A stretch of 64,000 nucleotides of DNA, taken from Candidatus Parcubacteria bacterium (lineage in GTDB: Bacteria; Patescibacteriota; Minisyncoccia; Phycocordibacterales; Zambryskibacteraceae). The position numbers and the translations under genes were made by a program. How positions within the stretch are numbered: the stretch's first letter is position 1; the number at the start of each line of letters is the position of its first letter. This document shows, piece after piece, positions 1-9,273 of this stretch. The stretch lies in contig JAIFWN010000002.1 of the NCBI GenBank assembly GCA_019658995.1, positions 29,262-93,261 of the forward strand, in the 5' to 3' direction. The notes under the pieces were generated by a model, which was given only the letters and a program-made list of their open reading frames with translations, did not search any database and was not told the DNA's origin.

Positions 1-120
1 AGAGTTGCCCAAGGTGTGACCGTAACCCGGGTAGAGTCCCTCTATTTCGTAAACGCCGGTTACCCCTTCCTCGGAGACGATCCGCGGTTTCGAAGGAAGA
101 AGAATTGTGTAATCAGCCAT
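1..120 (-). CDS. rpoA: RNA polymerase alpha subunit, N-terminal part (runs off window)
   Basis: Hand translation MADYTILLPSKPRIVSEEGVTGVYEIEGLYPGYGHTLGNS; follows rpsD. Confidence 0.95.
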   Translation of the reverse strand, partial: MADYTILLPSKPRIVSEEGVTGVYEIEGLYPGYGHTLGNS

Positions 121-139
121 AATGTTTTAATTATTTAAA

Positions 140-745
140 TTATCTGCTATAGAACTCGATGACCTGTCCGAGATCGAATACCGCCTGGTTCGGAACGTAA
201 ACCGGTTTGCCAACCACTTTTGCCTCGAGATTCTCAGGACTTACGGTGAGCCATGCCGGAATCGCGCCGGCTTTTATACGCTCACCCGCCTCGCCGAAAA
301 GGGCGCTAGCTCTGCTGCCCTCTCTCACACCGACAGTGTCACCCTCCTTGAGCGAGATCGAGGGGATGGTTACCCTGCGGCCGTTGACCGTCGCGTGTCC
401 GTGGGCCGCCATCTGGCGCGCCTGGAGACGGGTCTTGGCAAAGCCAGCTCTGTAGAGGATATTATCCAGCCGGGATTCGAGAAATTGGAAGAGTTTCTGG
501 GTCGGTTCGGTTGAGTTTAGGGACAGCTTCACATACTTGGCAAACTGCCTTTCGGTAATGCCGTACGAGAAGCGCGCCTTCTGCTTCTCTATGAGCTGCT
601 TGCCGAACTCCGACTTCGGCCTTGTTGGCATCTGATCGTTCTTCTCCTTGCGCGAAAGCGAGAGCGCATATCTCTGCGTCTGAGTCTTTTCGAATATGGG
701 TGCCCCGAGGCGGCGAGCAAGTTTGTATTTTGGTCCGATTCTCAT
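140..745 (-). CDS. rpsD: 30S ribosomal protein S4
   Basis: GPKYKLARRLG, EKQKARFSYG, LESRLDNILYRAGFA; alpha operon order. Confidence 0.98.
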   Translation of the reverse strand: MRIGPKYKLARRLGAPIFEKTQTQRYALSLSRKEKNDQMPTRPKSEFGKQLIEKQKARFSYGITERQFAKYVKLSLNSTEPTQKLFQFLESRLDNILYRAGFAKTRLQARQMAAHGHATVNGRRVTIPSISLKEGDTVGVREGSRASALFGEAGERIKAGAIPAWLTVSPENLEAKVVGKPVYVPNQAVFDLGQVIEFYSR

Positions 746-760
746 ATGTTTATTGAAATT

Positions 761-1204
761 TTATGCGCGTCGCGGCTTAGGCTTCTTGGGACCGTTATGC
801 GGCACGGGTGTCACATCGCTTATAGTGGTGAGGTTGATTCCCTTGGAAATAAAACCCCGGATCGCTGATTCGCGTCCGGAGCCTACACCCTTTACCTTTA
901 CCTGCACCTCCTTGACACCAAAGGTGGCCGCCTTGTCTCCAATGGTCTCGCCAATCTTAGCCGCAGCGAAGGGGGTGCCCTTCTTCGCCCCCTTGAATCC
1001 GAGAGCTCCTGAGGTTGACCATGCCAGAGTGTTGCCCTTCATATCGGTAAGAACGAGCTTGGTATTGTTGTATGTAGACTCAATGCTGAGGATTCCGCTC
1101 TCCACGCGTTTCTTCTGGGTTGATTTGACTGCGGTAGAAGCATCAGCCGCTTTTGCCGCCTCCTCACCCTTCTCTCCTGTTTCTATGATTCTTTTCTTTC
1201 CCAT
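761..1204 (-). CDS. rpsK: 30S ribosomal protein S11
   Basis: GFKGAKKGTPFAA, GSGRESAIR, DVTPVPHNG. Confidence 0.98.
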   Translation of the reverse strand: MGKKRIIETGEKGEEAAKAADASTAVKSTQKKRVESGILSIESTYNNTKLVLTDMKGNTLAWSTSGALGFKGAKKGTPFAAAKIGETIGDKAATFGVKEVQVKVKGVGSGRESAIRGFISKGINLTTISDVTPVPHNGPKKPKPRRA

Positions 1205-1211
1205 TTTTATT

Positions 1212-1592
1212 TTATGTCTTCTCTACCACACGGCGGCCCGTACCCATGGTCTTTCTGACATTGCCTCGGCGTGTGCGGGAGTTAGTCTTGGTACGCTGAC
1301 CGCGGACCGGAAGACCTCTCTGATGCCGTACTCCCCGGTACGCCTTAATGTCCTTGAGCCTCTTGATGTTGCCCGCCACTTCGCGCTTCAGATCTCCTTC
1401 GAGAGTGAGCTTCTCCACCAGAGTGCGGATACGATTCTCCTCCTCAATTGAAATATCTTTGGGCTTCTTTGCGACGTCGACCTTAGCCTCAGCGAGGATG
1501 TCCGAAGCGCGAGATCTGCCAATGCCAAAGAGGACCGTTAGGCCGATATCAATACGCTTCTCCTCTGGGATAGTTATGCCTAATATTCTCAT
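1212..1592 (-). CDS. rpsM: 30S ribosomal protein S13
   Basis: YRGVRHQRGLPVRGQRTKTNSRTR. Confidence 0.98.
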   Translation of the reverse strand: MRILGITIPEEKRIDIGLTVLFGIGRSRASDILAEAKVDVAKKPKDISIEEENRIRTLVEKLTLEGDLKREVAGNIKRLKDIKAYRGVRHQRGLPVRGQRTKTNSRTRRGNVRKTMGTGRRVVEKT

Positions 1593-1708
1593 TAACCCTG
1601 TCGCTGTTTATGCCTCTGGTTAGCTTTGCAAATAACGTATACGTATCCTTTTCGCCTCACGATCTGGCATTTGGAGCACATTTTCTTGACCGATGCCTTG
1701 ACTTTCAT
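1592..1708 (-). CDS. rpmJ: 50S ribosomal protein L36 (not in ORF track)
   Basis: Hand translation [38 protein letters not shown]; TAATG overlap with rpsM. Confidence 0.97.
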   Translation of the reverse strand: MKVKASVKKMCSKCQIVRRKGYVYVICKANQRHKQRQG

Positions 1709-1757
1709 AGGTGAACGAATATTCTAACCGACCCTTAGTTTCCTGTCAATATTCACT

Positions 1758-1973
1758 TTATAGACGTTTGATGATACGAGCTTTGCCTCCGTATGGCTCG
1801 AGTTCCAAGACCACCTTGTCACCCACGAGGACCCGTATACGGTGAAGGCGCATTTTACCGGAAAGGTAGGCCAAAATCTCCTCTTCTGCTCCGTCGAGTT
1901 TGACCCTGAACATGATATTAGGGAGTGCTTCCGTGACTATGCCGGTACGCTCTAGCTCTTGTTTTTCAGCCAT
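1758..1973 (-). CDS. infA: translation initiation factor IF-1
   Basis: EALPNIMFRV, LSGKMRLHRIRVLVGDKV. Confidence 0.97.
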   Translation of the reverse strand: MAEKQELERTGIVTEALPNIMFRVKLDGAEEEILAYLSGKMRLHRIRVLVGDKVVLELEPYGGKARIIKRL

Positions 1974-3223
1974 TAGTATTCGGCTACTATCTTAATCTTT
2001 GCAGAGTCATTTGGAAAGGCCGACTTCCAGAAGGGCCTGATCATGGTTCTCGCACTCTCTATGGAAGGATAGTTCTTAAGGACTTTATCAACATCATCCC
2101 TCTGCACTCCTATGAGGTCGGATGCCAGGGCCGGCTCATCTGTAATGAAGCGGAGCTGGGCCGTTCCGGCCGCTTTTATCCGGATAGGTCCGCCACTGGC
2201 GAGGTCGGGCGCATTCGGTCCGGAGAAGGTTATATCGATTTTGGAAAAGTCCGGGATCTCTACCTGGCTGCCGACATTCTGGGCACCAAGTTTCTGAAGT
2301 GCGAGATACTGGGCAAGATCTCCTCTCTTGAAGATTGCGGCCGAGAGATCCCCGCGCTCTTTGACGGTTGCGGTATTGTCTGCGGAGGCCTCGGCCGGCA
2401 GGATTTCATAAGTAATAGTTGCAAGCCCGGGGAAAAGCACGTAATCGGACGGCATCTGGGCTCTTGCCTGATTCAGAAGTTCGCTCCTAAGTTCCTCGTC
2501 CAGAGTATCTTTAGCCTTGGCTACGTCTGCCGGACTGGCTTTCTTCCTAGTTCCGGTGAATCCGCCGGCCATGGCCGTTTTGCTCCTGGCATAGACCAGC
2601 TCATACCGCGGACCGCCCTTGAGACCGGGCAGTGTGAAGTCGGAGAGAGGAATGTTATACGAGGCACCGGGTTCTGCGGCAACCGCCAGGGTTTCCAGAC
2701 TTCCCTTGGCCGGGATGCTTACATCGCTTTGTATTCTGTAGATTTTTCCATCGGTAGTTTCGAGTCTGGTGGTTTTTACGAGCTTCTGCACGGTATCCTG
2801 CTGGTTGTAGATGATGACGGTACCCCTGGCGGATTCCTCGACAGTCTCTTCTCCGGAGGCTGGTATGCTCTGGCTCTTCTCACCGGAGAGCTTGATGATG
2901 CTATATGCAAGCTGTCCGAAAGCGGCCGACTGATACGCCGTGTATGCGTCACCGCTGAATGCAAGGTCAGACATTTTCGGCTTATAAGCAAGGGTGGCAC
3001 CGCTCATGAGAGAGAAAGCGATAAGAGCTATGACAAGCACGGCGACTACGCCGCTGATCCAGAGATTCCTGTTCTTATGATTTTTATGCTTCCTGGGTGT
3101 GAGGATTTCCTCCGGTTCGGTCACCTGAGATACTGAGACCGGCTCTATGCGTCTGACTGGCACACTGACATCCCTTATGGATCTCCTCCTCGGCGGCACC
3201 ATGTCTTCGATGTTCTTCGGCAT
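1973..3223 (-). CDS. membrane-anchored hypothetical protein (CPR-type, sometimes labelled baseplate-J-like)
   Basis: 416 aa, one N-terminal TM segment, GTVIIYN..LVKTTRL..DGKIYR, FTLPGLKG motifs. Confidence 0.7.
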   Translation of the reverse strand: MPKNIEDMVPPRRRSIRDVSVPVRRIEPVSVSQVTEPEEILTPRKHKNHKNRNLWISGVVAVLVIALIAFSLMSGATLAYKPKMSDLAFSGDAYTAYQSAAFGQLAYSIIKLSGEKSQSIPASGEETVEESARGTVIIYNQQDTVQKLVKTTRLETTDGKIYRIQSDVSIPAKGSLETLAVAAEPGASYNIPLSDFTLPGLKGGPRYELVYARSKTAMAGGFTGTRKKASPADVAKAKDTLDEELRSELLNQARAQMPSDYVLFPGLATITYEILPAEASADNTATVKERGDLSAAIFKRGDLAQYLALQKLGAQNVGSQVEIPDFSKIDITFSGPNAPDLASGGPIRIKAAGTAQLRFITDEPALASDLIGVQRDDVDKVLKNYPSIESARTMIRPFWKSAFPNDSAKIKIVAEY

Positions 3224-3239
3224 TTTTATTAATTTTATA

Positions 3240-4409
3240 TTATTTCAGCAGGTTTGAGAAGGAGGAAAGCAGCAATATCTTCTCATCACCCAGCATCTCC
3301 GGCGACGCCCTTACAAGTTCTCTTGTGAAAGTGTTGGTATCTCCAAGGAGAATGATGCGTCGCCCGGTGAGAACGCTCTCCAAAAATGTTTTCATCAGCT
3401 TTTCGAAGCCGCTTGGCACCACCAGGAAGACTGAATACGGCACAGCGCTGCCTTCGGGAATACTCTCATCCATCTGGCGCCACAGCGATATCCATTTTTC
3501 CTCGACTTCTATGAATACACTGTCTATGGCTCCGGTTGTAGCCTGATCCAAAACTCCGGAGGCAAAGAGCGAGAGGTACGAATATGCGAGCTGGATCGGT
3601 ATTCCGAGCTTTTCCGCCACGGCCTTGGCTATGGATGCCGGGCCGAAGGCGAGCGTCGCGGCAAAGGCGGAACTTCCATGCCGCAGAAACAATACATCAG
3701 TAAATTCTAAAGTCATATCTATGAGCAGAGCCGAGTGCAGACTCTGGAATGAATGCGATAAAACCTTGAAGAAAGCGAACATGAAGCTATGCGTCGCCAT
3801 ACCCCTTCTTATACCGATTGATTTTACAAGCTCGCTTCCTACACTGCGCAGCAGATCCCTGCTGGCGGCACTGAGAAGAAAGCTTACTTCTGCTTTCTCG
3901 ACCCTGTCGCTCAGCGGAGCCTCAGACTCATATCCGTTCAGGTACAGATTGGTAATGGCGGATTCGAATATTTCATCTTGCGAACTATTGTCGTTCCTGA
4001 GTCTTTCCCTGAAGAGTACTTCCTCCTCACTTATAACATTCCTTAACATACTTTTATCAAGAACAAACCCCCCGGGCTTAGCCAGAATCACGGTTTTAAG
4101 ATGGGAGCGGAGCCATGGTGAAGAGAAAGTCACAAGAGCCCTGTGTACAGCACTGCCATAACCGCTTTTGGAAAGATTCGGTATATCTTTGGCGATGGAT
4201 GCAAGAGTTGTTCGCAGTGAAGCGAGCATCGGAACTTCCGGGTATTCTTCTGCGGGATTACTCCCGGTCGTAAACGGTGTACGAATCTTGGACGTTAGCG
4301 CGGGAGTGCCCTTGGGATCGGTATGTACAAGCGCGGCCGCGGTCGATCCGGAGGATATATCGACCACAAGGATGTTTTCACCGGAATCTTTCCGATTCAA
4401 AAAACTCAT
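3240..4409 (-). CDS. divergent FtsA/PilM-like actin-fold protein
   Basis: N-terminal LVVDISSGS, second LLIDMT motif, LNGY motif; 389 aa. Confidence 0.5.
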   Translation of the reverse strand: MSFLNRKDSGENILVVDISSGSTAAALVHTDPKGTPALTSKIRTPFTTGSNPAEEYPEVPMLASLRTTLASIAKDIPNLSKSGYGSAVHRALVTFSSPWLRSHLKTVILAKPGGFVLDKSMLRNVISEEEVLFRERLRNDNSSQDEIFESAITNLYLNGYESEAPLSDRVEKAEVSFLLSAASRDLLRSVGSELVKSIGIRRGMATHSFMFAFFKVLSHSFQSLHSALLIDMTLEFTDVLFLRHGSSAFAATLAFGPASIAKAVAEKLGIPIQLAYSYLSLFASGVLDQATTGAIDSVFIEVEEKWISLWRQMDESIPEGSAVPYSVFLVVPSGFEKLMKTFLESVLTGRRIILLGDTNTFTRELVRASPEMLGDEKILLLSSFSNLLK

Positions 4410-4413
4410 TATC

Positions 4414-6288
4414 CTATTGTAGCACCGCTTTGATACGGCGAACTCCTACGGAAACCGCTTCTTCCTTCTGGATTTTGAATATTCCCAATTCACTCGTATT
4501 TGAGACGTGCGGCCCGCCGCAAAGCTCTTTGGAGTAAGTGCCAATTGAGTAGACAGAAACTTGATCCGGATACTTTTGGTCAAAGAAGTGGAGTGCCCCG
4601 GACTTAATAGCTTCATTTTTATCCATAGTCACATTTTGCACCGGTATAGCCTCCTTGATCTTCTTATTTACGATATCCTCAACTCTCAACTTCTCCTCAT
4701 CGGTCATTTTGCGTGGGAAGGCAAAATCGAAACGCAGCCGCTCTGGTGTGATGTTACTTCCCTCTTGCTGTACCTCTGGCCCAAGTACGTCTCTTAGCGC
4801 TTGATGCAACAGGTGTGTAGTGGTGTGATATTTAACTTCTACGTCCGAATGTCCAGCCAATCCACCTTTGAATTTCTGCTCTGCACCTGCACGAGATAGC
4901 TCTCGATGCTTTTCAATTTCTTGATTGAACTCACTTTGTAGCCTCTTATAATCTTGAGGGAAAAAATAATGCTTGTTATGTGATTTTAATTCCTCGAGTG
5001 TCATTTCGAATGGAAACCCAAATGTCTGATAGAAATCAAACAACCATTTTCCTGTGACCTCAGATGGTGGAAAATCCCACATCTGAATATCATCCGGACC
5101 ATGCACAAGGCTTACATGATGAACTTTATAAGTCTGTCCTGGTCTACCTATCTGAGCCTCAATTTTTCTATGTAAAATTTTGAGGCCCTTTTCGAGAGTT
5201 TTCCTAAATTTATGCTCTTCCTCTAAAATTACCTCTCTTATGTACTCTTCGTCACCAAAATCATAGACTCCTCTATATTTATTTGTTACCAAGTCAATTA
5301 CTTCTCCAATTGCGTGCATTTCCACACCTAATTTGTCCGCATAACGCACAGCCCTTCTTATTATGCGTCTTAATACATAACCTTTATCAGTATTCGCAGG
5401 AATTACATGATCGGCGATTATAAATACTGACGTTCGGATATGATCGGCAACTATTCTTTCGGATCTTATATCTGAGCTCTTTTTTAGTTCATCAATTTTA
5501 GACATTATTGAAATGAAGAGGTCTGTATCAAAGATGCTATCCTTCTTTTGCAAAACCATTGCTAAGCGCTCGAGACCTGCACCGGTGTCGACATTTCGAC
5601 TAGGAAGCTTCCCAACTACTTTGCCATCCTTCTTTTCATATTCCATGAAGACATCATTCCAGATCTCAACAATTTTTTGTTCATTATCAGCCTTTAGAAA
5701 TTCCTCATGAGTTAGATCACCGAGTCCCTCTGGTGTTATGTCGTAATACATTTCAGTATCTGGACCGGACGGACCATTGTCCCCAGCGCTCCACCAGTTC
5801 TTATCGGCTGGCAGGAAATAGATACGATTTTCAGGTATATATTTCTTCCATATTTCCGCAGCTTCGTTATCACGTGGTGCATTTTCGTCTCCAGCGAACA
5901 CTGTTATATAAAGCCTATTCGGATCAAGGCCGAAACCCTCTTCTTTATCAGTTAGTAATTCGTAACTCCATTTAATTGCATCTTCCTTGAAATAATCTCC
6001 GAGTGACCAGTTCCCTAGCATTTCAAAGAAGGTGTCATGGGTTTTGTCTCCAACCTCCTCAATATCCTGAGTCCTGACGCTTTTCTGCACATTAGCAAGC
6101 CTTTTACCTTTTGGATGATCTTTGCCAAGGAGATACGGGATAAGGGGCTGCATGCCGGCAGAAATAAAGAGAGTTTTATTGGTCTTCTCCGACTCATCAG
6201 GCGCAACTAACGAGGCTGAAGGGATAATGGCGTGTCCCCTCTTTTCAAAAAAAGCGAGAAATCGCTTGCGGATTTCCTGTGATTCCAT
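4414..6288 (-). CDS. alaS: alanine--tRNA ligase (short form lacking C-Ala domain)
   Basis: SAGMQPL, HDTFFEMLGNWSLGDYFK, DTGAGLERL, HTTTHLLH, ELCGGPHV. Confidence 0.97.
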   Translation of the reverse strand: MESQEIRKRFLAFFEKRGHAIIPSASLVAPDESEKTNKTLFISAGMQPLIPYLLGKDHPKGKRLANVQKSVRTQDIEEVGDKTHDTFFEMLGNWSLGDYFKEDAIKWSYELLTDKEEGFGLDPNRLYITVFAGDENAPRDNEAAEIWKKYIPENRIYFLPADKNWWSAGDNGPSGPDTEMYYDITPEGLGDLTHEEFLKADNEQKIVEIWNDVFMEYEKKDGKVVGKLPSRNVDTGAGLERLAMVLQKKDSIFDTDLFISIMSKIDELKKSSDIRSERIVADHIRTSVFIIADHVIPANTDKGYVLRRIIRRAVRYADKLGVEMHAIGEVIDLVTNKYRGVYDFGDEEYIREVILEEEHKFRKTLEKGLKILHRKIEAQIGRPGQTYKVHHVSLVHGPDDIQMWDFPPSEVTGKWLFDFYQTFGFPFEMTLEELKSHNKHYFFPQDYKRLQSEFNQEIEKHRELSRAGAEQKFKGGLAGHSDVEVKYHTTTHLLHQALRDVLGPEVQQEGSNITPERLRFDFAFPRKMTDEEKLRVEDIVNKKIKEAIPVQNVTMDKNEAIKSGALHFFDQKYPDQVSVYSIGTYSKELCGGPHVSNTSELGIFKIQKEEAVSVGVRRIKAVLQ

Positions 6289-6314
6289 GGCAAGATACTA
6301 GCAGTTTGAAGAAC

Positions 6315-6342
6315 AAAGAAAAAGACCCGACTTAACGAGCCT
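6315..6342 (-). terminator. intrinsic terminator with the stop codon in its loop
   Basis: Minus strand AGGCTCG-TTAAGT-CGGGTCT then TTTTCTTT. Confidence 0.7.
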
Positions 6343-6769
6343 TCTTTTTATGGATAACTGCTCTCCAGCGGTCGACACCCTCGCTCGAAAATCTGGCAAT
6401 GTTTTCGATAGTGAAATAGACGGGCATGCTCGCATTGAGCGTATCCGCAATCGTGGATTCGATTGCCCTCAGCCCAGCTTCACAGGCGTTTTTGCTCACT
6501 CCAGCACCAGCTTCAAGCTGGCGGAGGAGTTGCTCTCGCTCGAGTTCCGGGAATCGCGAATCCTCATCGTGAGCATCTTTCTTCAGGAGGTAGTAGAGGG
6601 TATCACGTCTCTTATTCATGCCGTTGAGCGCCTTAAGTGACAGGGTGGTCGCGAAAACGGATACGAATGCCTCGATTTCTACAAATGCCACGTCATGAAC
6701 CGCTTGCTGAATTGCCCTTCCAGCTAAGACAAAAGTCTGCTCGTAGGTAATCGTCCGTGAACTTGGCAT
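6332..6769 (-). CDS. orphan hypothetical protein (145 aa)
   Basis: ATG 6769 after AGGGAGA; upstream TTGATA-N17-TAATCT; own terminator. Confidence 0.65.
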   Translation of the reverse strand: MPSSRTITYEQTFVLAGRAIQQAVHDVAFVEIEAFVSVFATTLSLKALNGMNKRRDTLYYLLKKDAHDEDSRFPELEREQLLRQLEAGAGVSKNACEAGLRAIESTIADTLNASMPVYFTIENIARFSSEGVDRWRAVIHKKKAR

Positions 6770-6823
6770 TGATCTCCCTATGGAATCATTCTGCCGGCAG
6801 ATTAGCACTTGTCGGCCCGGATA

Positions 6824-7414
6824 TCAAATGAGAGTTTTAAGAACCTTAAAATCTTCAATTAACGTAGATTTGAGATGCTGGTTATAGATTGCTGCGGCGG
6901 GGTGGAAGAGGGGTACAACCTTAACCTTTTGTCCTTCGATCTCAGTGTCAAAGACTTTGCCATGTAAGTTCGAGATCGGACCAAGTTCCCAGTCTAGGCT
7001 GTACCTATTCATTACATACTGCATTGAGAAGCGGCCTAGGGTAGCTATGACCTTGGGCTTGATAATCTCAATCTGACGATCCATGAAGGGTGCATAGAGA
7101 GCAATCTCCTCAGGAAATGGGTCTCTGTTCTTAGGAGGGCGATCCTTAACTATATTTGTTATGTAGACTTCTTCTCTCGGGATTCCAACAGAAGCCAGAA
7201 GTTCGTCCAGGAACTTCCCAGCCCGCCCCACGAACGGTCTGCCGGTCTTGGCTTCATTCTCCCCCGGAGCTTCTCCTATAAATATTATTGAGGCATCGTG
7301 ACTCCCCTCCCCTATAACTGGGAAATATTTCTCTTTCTTACGCAGATCAGCAAGATCACCGGAGATCTTGATTACCTCGTCCTTAATTTTCTTTAGCTCC
7401 TCAGTCTTACTCAT
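6824..7414 (-). CDS. uracil-DNA glycosylase family 4
   Basis: GEAPGENE, GRPFVGRAG, YITNIVK.RPP.NRDP, HPAA; start trimmed to MSKTEEL. Confidence 0.93.
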   Translation of the reverse strand: MSKTEELKKIKDEVIKISGDLADLRKKEKYFPVIGEGSHDASIIFIGEAPGENEAKTGRPFVGRAGKFLDELLASVGIPREEVYITNIVKDRPPKNRDPFPEEIALYAPFMDRQIEIIKPKVIATLGRFSMQYVMNRYSLDWELGPISNLHGKVFDTEIEGQKVKVVPLFHPAAAIYNQHLKSTLIEDFKVLKTLI

Positions 7415-7415
7415 G

Positions 7416-8123
7416 CTAGAACGGAGCCGATTCTGTATTCGGCAAGTCCTCAAAAGTCATACGCTTATATACAGCCCTGACAGTTTCTACATCTCGCATG
7501 CAATATTCGCAAATCTCTTTAACTTTTCCTTCTTTATAAAACTTCCACACCTCTGAGCCATCGATACCATCCTTAGGAGTCGGTATACCCAGAGCGAGCG
7601 ATATATGCTCGATAGTTTTGTTGCTCCATTTCTCTCTCCAATTGTTCCACTCCCATTGGGTGTCGAAGATCGGGAGATTCATATAACGCGCAAAATCCAG
7701 ATATTTTACCCCGGCAGGGAGTCTAAATTTGCTAACGCCTAAAGTTAAATATTTATCCCAGCTCGGTCTTACACCGAGAATGACAGATCGCTGCATGATG
7801 AATGGTAAATCGAAATCTCGAATATTGTGGCCGACGAATAGATCGGCGCGGCCGGCAACTTCCCAGAATTTTCTTACCATCTCTGTCTCGTCTCCTGAGA
7901 AAGATTGCACAGGTTCATTATTGAGCGCATAAGCTATGGTACATATACGGCCATATGTCCCGTCAAAAGAAGTTTGCTCAAAAAATTCCTCAAACGTCAT
8001 GAACTCTTCTTCCCCATCTCTTTCTTTATGTTTCTTCTGCTTTCGCTCATACAAATAGCGAAGTGTTTTTTCTGCGCTCTCGGGCGCGGGAATGGTTTCG
8101 ATATCGAAATACAGCTTATTCAT
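7416..8123 (-). CDS. 3'-5' exonuclease, PolB-like/RNase H fold
   Basis: DIET, GHNIRDFDLP, YCMRD (Exo I-III motifs). Confidence 0.85.
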   Translation of the reverse strand: MNKLYFDIETIPAPESAEKTLRYLYERKQKKHKERDGEEEFMTFEEFFEQTSFDGTYGRICTIAYALNNEPVQSFSGDETEMVRKFWEVAGRADLFVGHNIRDFDLPFIMQRSVILGVRPSWDKYLTLGVSKFRLPAGVKYLDFARYMNLPIFDTQWEWNNWREKWSNKTIEHISLALGIPTPKDGIDGSEVWKFYKEGKVKEICEYCMRDVETVRAVYKRMTFEDLPNTESAPF

Positions 8124-8128
8124 TCTTC

Positions 8129-8557
8129 TTATTTATTTTTCCGGGCGATCATTTGCTCAACAAACCATAGGGCGGTAAAAACAAGGAGCGTAACCACTGT
8201 AGTGAAAACAGCCAGGGAGATCTGACCGAATCCGACGGCCATACCGACGCCGGCGGTGAGCCAGAGCCCGGCAGCGGTAGTGAGGCCAGAGAGCTGGTGG
8301 TTTTGGAAGATAATGACGCCTCCGCACAGGAATCCTATACCCATAATAATGGCCGCCGCCGTGCGCATAGGATCGAAGCTGTACAGATTACTGCCAGAGA
8401 CCACCAATTCCGAGAGTATAACGAAGAGAGATGACCCCATGGCCACAAGACCGTAAGTGCGCATGCCGGCGGTCTTGTGGGCAAAGGTGCGCTCAAGTCC
8501 GATGGCCAGACCCAGTCCGAGTGCAATGAGAATCCTGACAAATGCGACGGTCATCAT
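8129..8557 (-). CDS. MgtC/SapB family membrane protein
   Basis: IGLER, AGMRTY, DPMRTAAAII.GIGFL, GLTTAAGLW. Confidence 0.93.
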   Translation of the reverse strand: MMTVAFVRILIALGLGLAIGLERTFAHKTAGMRTYGLVAMGSSLFVILSELVVSGSNLYSFDPMRTAAAIIMGIGFLCGGVIIFQNHQLSGLTTAAGLWLTAGVGMAVGFGQISLAVFTTVVTLLVFTALWFVEQMIARKNK

Positions 8558-9273
8558 ATGATTTTCGCTGGAGTATTCTTATAAATAATATTCAGGAGAT
8601 GCGGGCAGTCGAGTATCATGTCTTCCAGGTTACCTTTCTCCGGATAGTTCCATCCTATCATAGTCAAGTTCTGGCAGATTCCGTAATGGATAGCTGTCGA
8701 GGAGAACTTGGTGTTCGTAATAAGCCAGCCTTCGGAAAGTTTCCTGTCTCTGCCTCCATAGCTGAAAGTGTTTTCCTTAAGATCGTCGATGCGCGCCTTC
8801 ACATATAGAGCAACCTTGAGATCAGTCTTTGTGCCAAGTTCGTTATGAAATTTGGCTTCGACCATAATGAGCTTCTTATCATTCCACGCGACTACATCCA
8901 CTTCGTGCGGCACGCATCCGCCGAGAACCGTCTGGTCGGTAAGAGTCTCGAAACCCTGACCCTTAAGAACCTCTGCTATCAGATTCTCGAATGGAAATCC
9001 GGTCGGCCCCATCTCCATAAGCGCGCGGCGCAGACTGTACTTCTGAGCTACCGGCTTCTTCCAATCACTTAAAATTTTGAAGGCGTGGTTATAGATATCT
9101 TTGGTGGTCATGCCGTCCTTAAGCTCGTTCATCATGTGGGCCATTACGGCGGCCACGGCATCCTCATCCGCTCCGGCACGCAGGAGCGAAGCCCGCAATT
9201 TGGCGGGTTCGAAAGCTTCCCGCATTCCGCTCTCCTTCACTATTTCGATCTGCTTCTCGGCAGTGGCTAGCAT
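8554..9273 (-). CDS. ATP-cone domain + Mrr-like restriction endonuclease domain protein
   Basis: IVKESGMREAFEPAKL (ATP cone); GFPFE..HEVDV..VEAKFH (PD-(D/E)XK). Confidence 0.8.
   Translation of the reverse strand: MLATAEKQIEIVKESGMREAFEPAKLRASLLRAGADEDAVAAVMAHMMNELKDGMTTKDIYNHAFKILSDWKKPVAQKYSLRRALMEMGPTGFPFENLIAEVLKGQGFETLTDQTVLGGCVPHEVDVVAWNDKKLIMVEAKFHNELGTKTDLKVALYVKARIDDLKENTFSYGGRDRKLSEGWLITNTKFSSTAIHYGICQNLTMIGWNYPEKGNLEDMILDCPHLLNIIYKNTPAKII

Noticed and set aside
1973-3223. Prophage baseplate gene
   Set aside because: No other phage genes; it is coupled to infA in a housekeeping run and has a membrane anchor.
7416-7450. Exonuclease C-terminus (EDLPNTESAPF) as a second SSB-tail mimic
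   Set aside because: Ends in PF but lacks the acidic run next to it; too weak to claim (same for TYTLPF at 48146).
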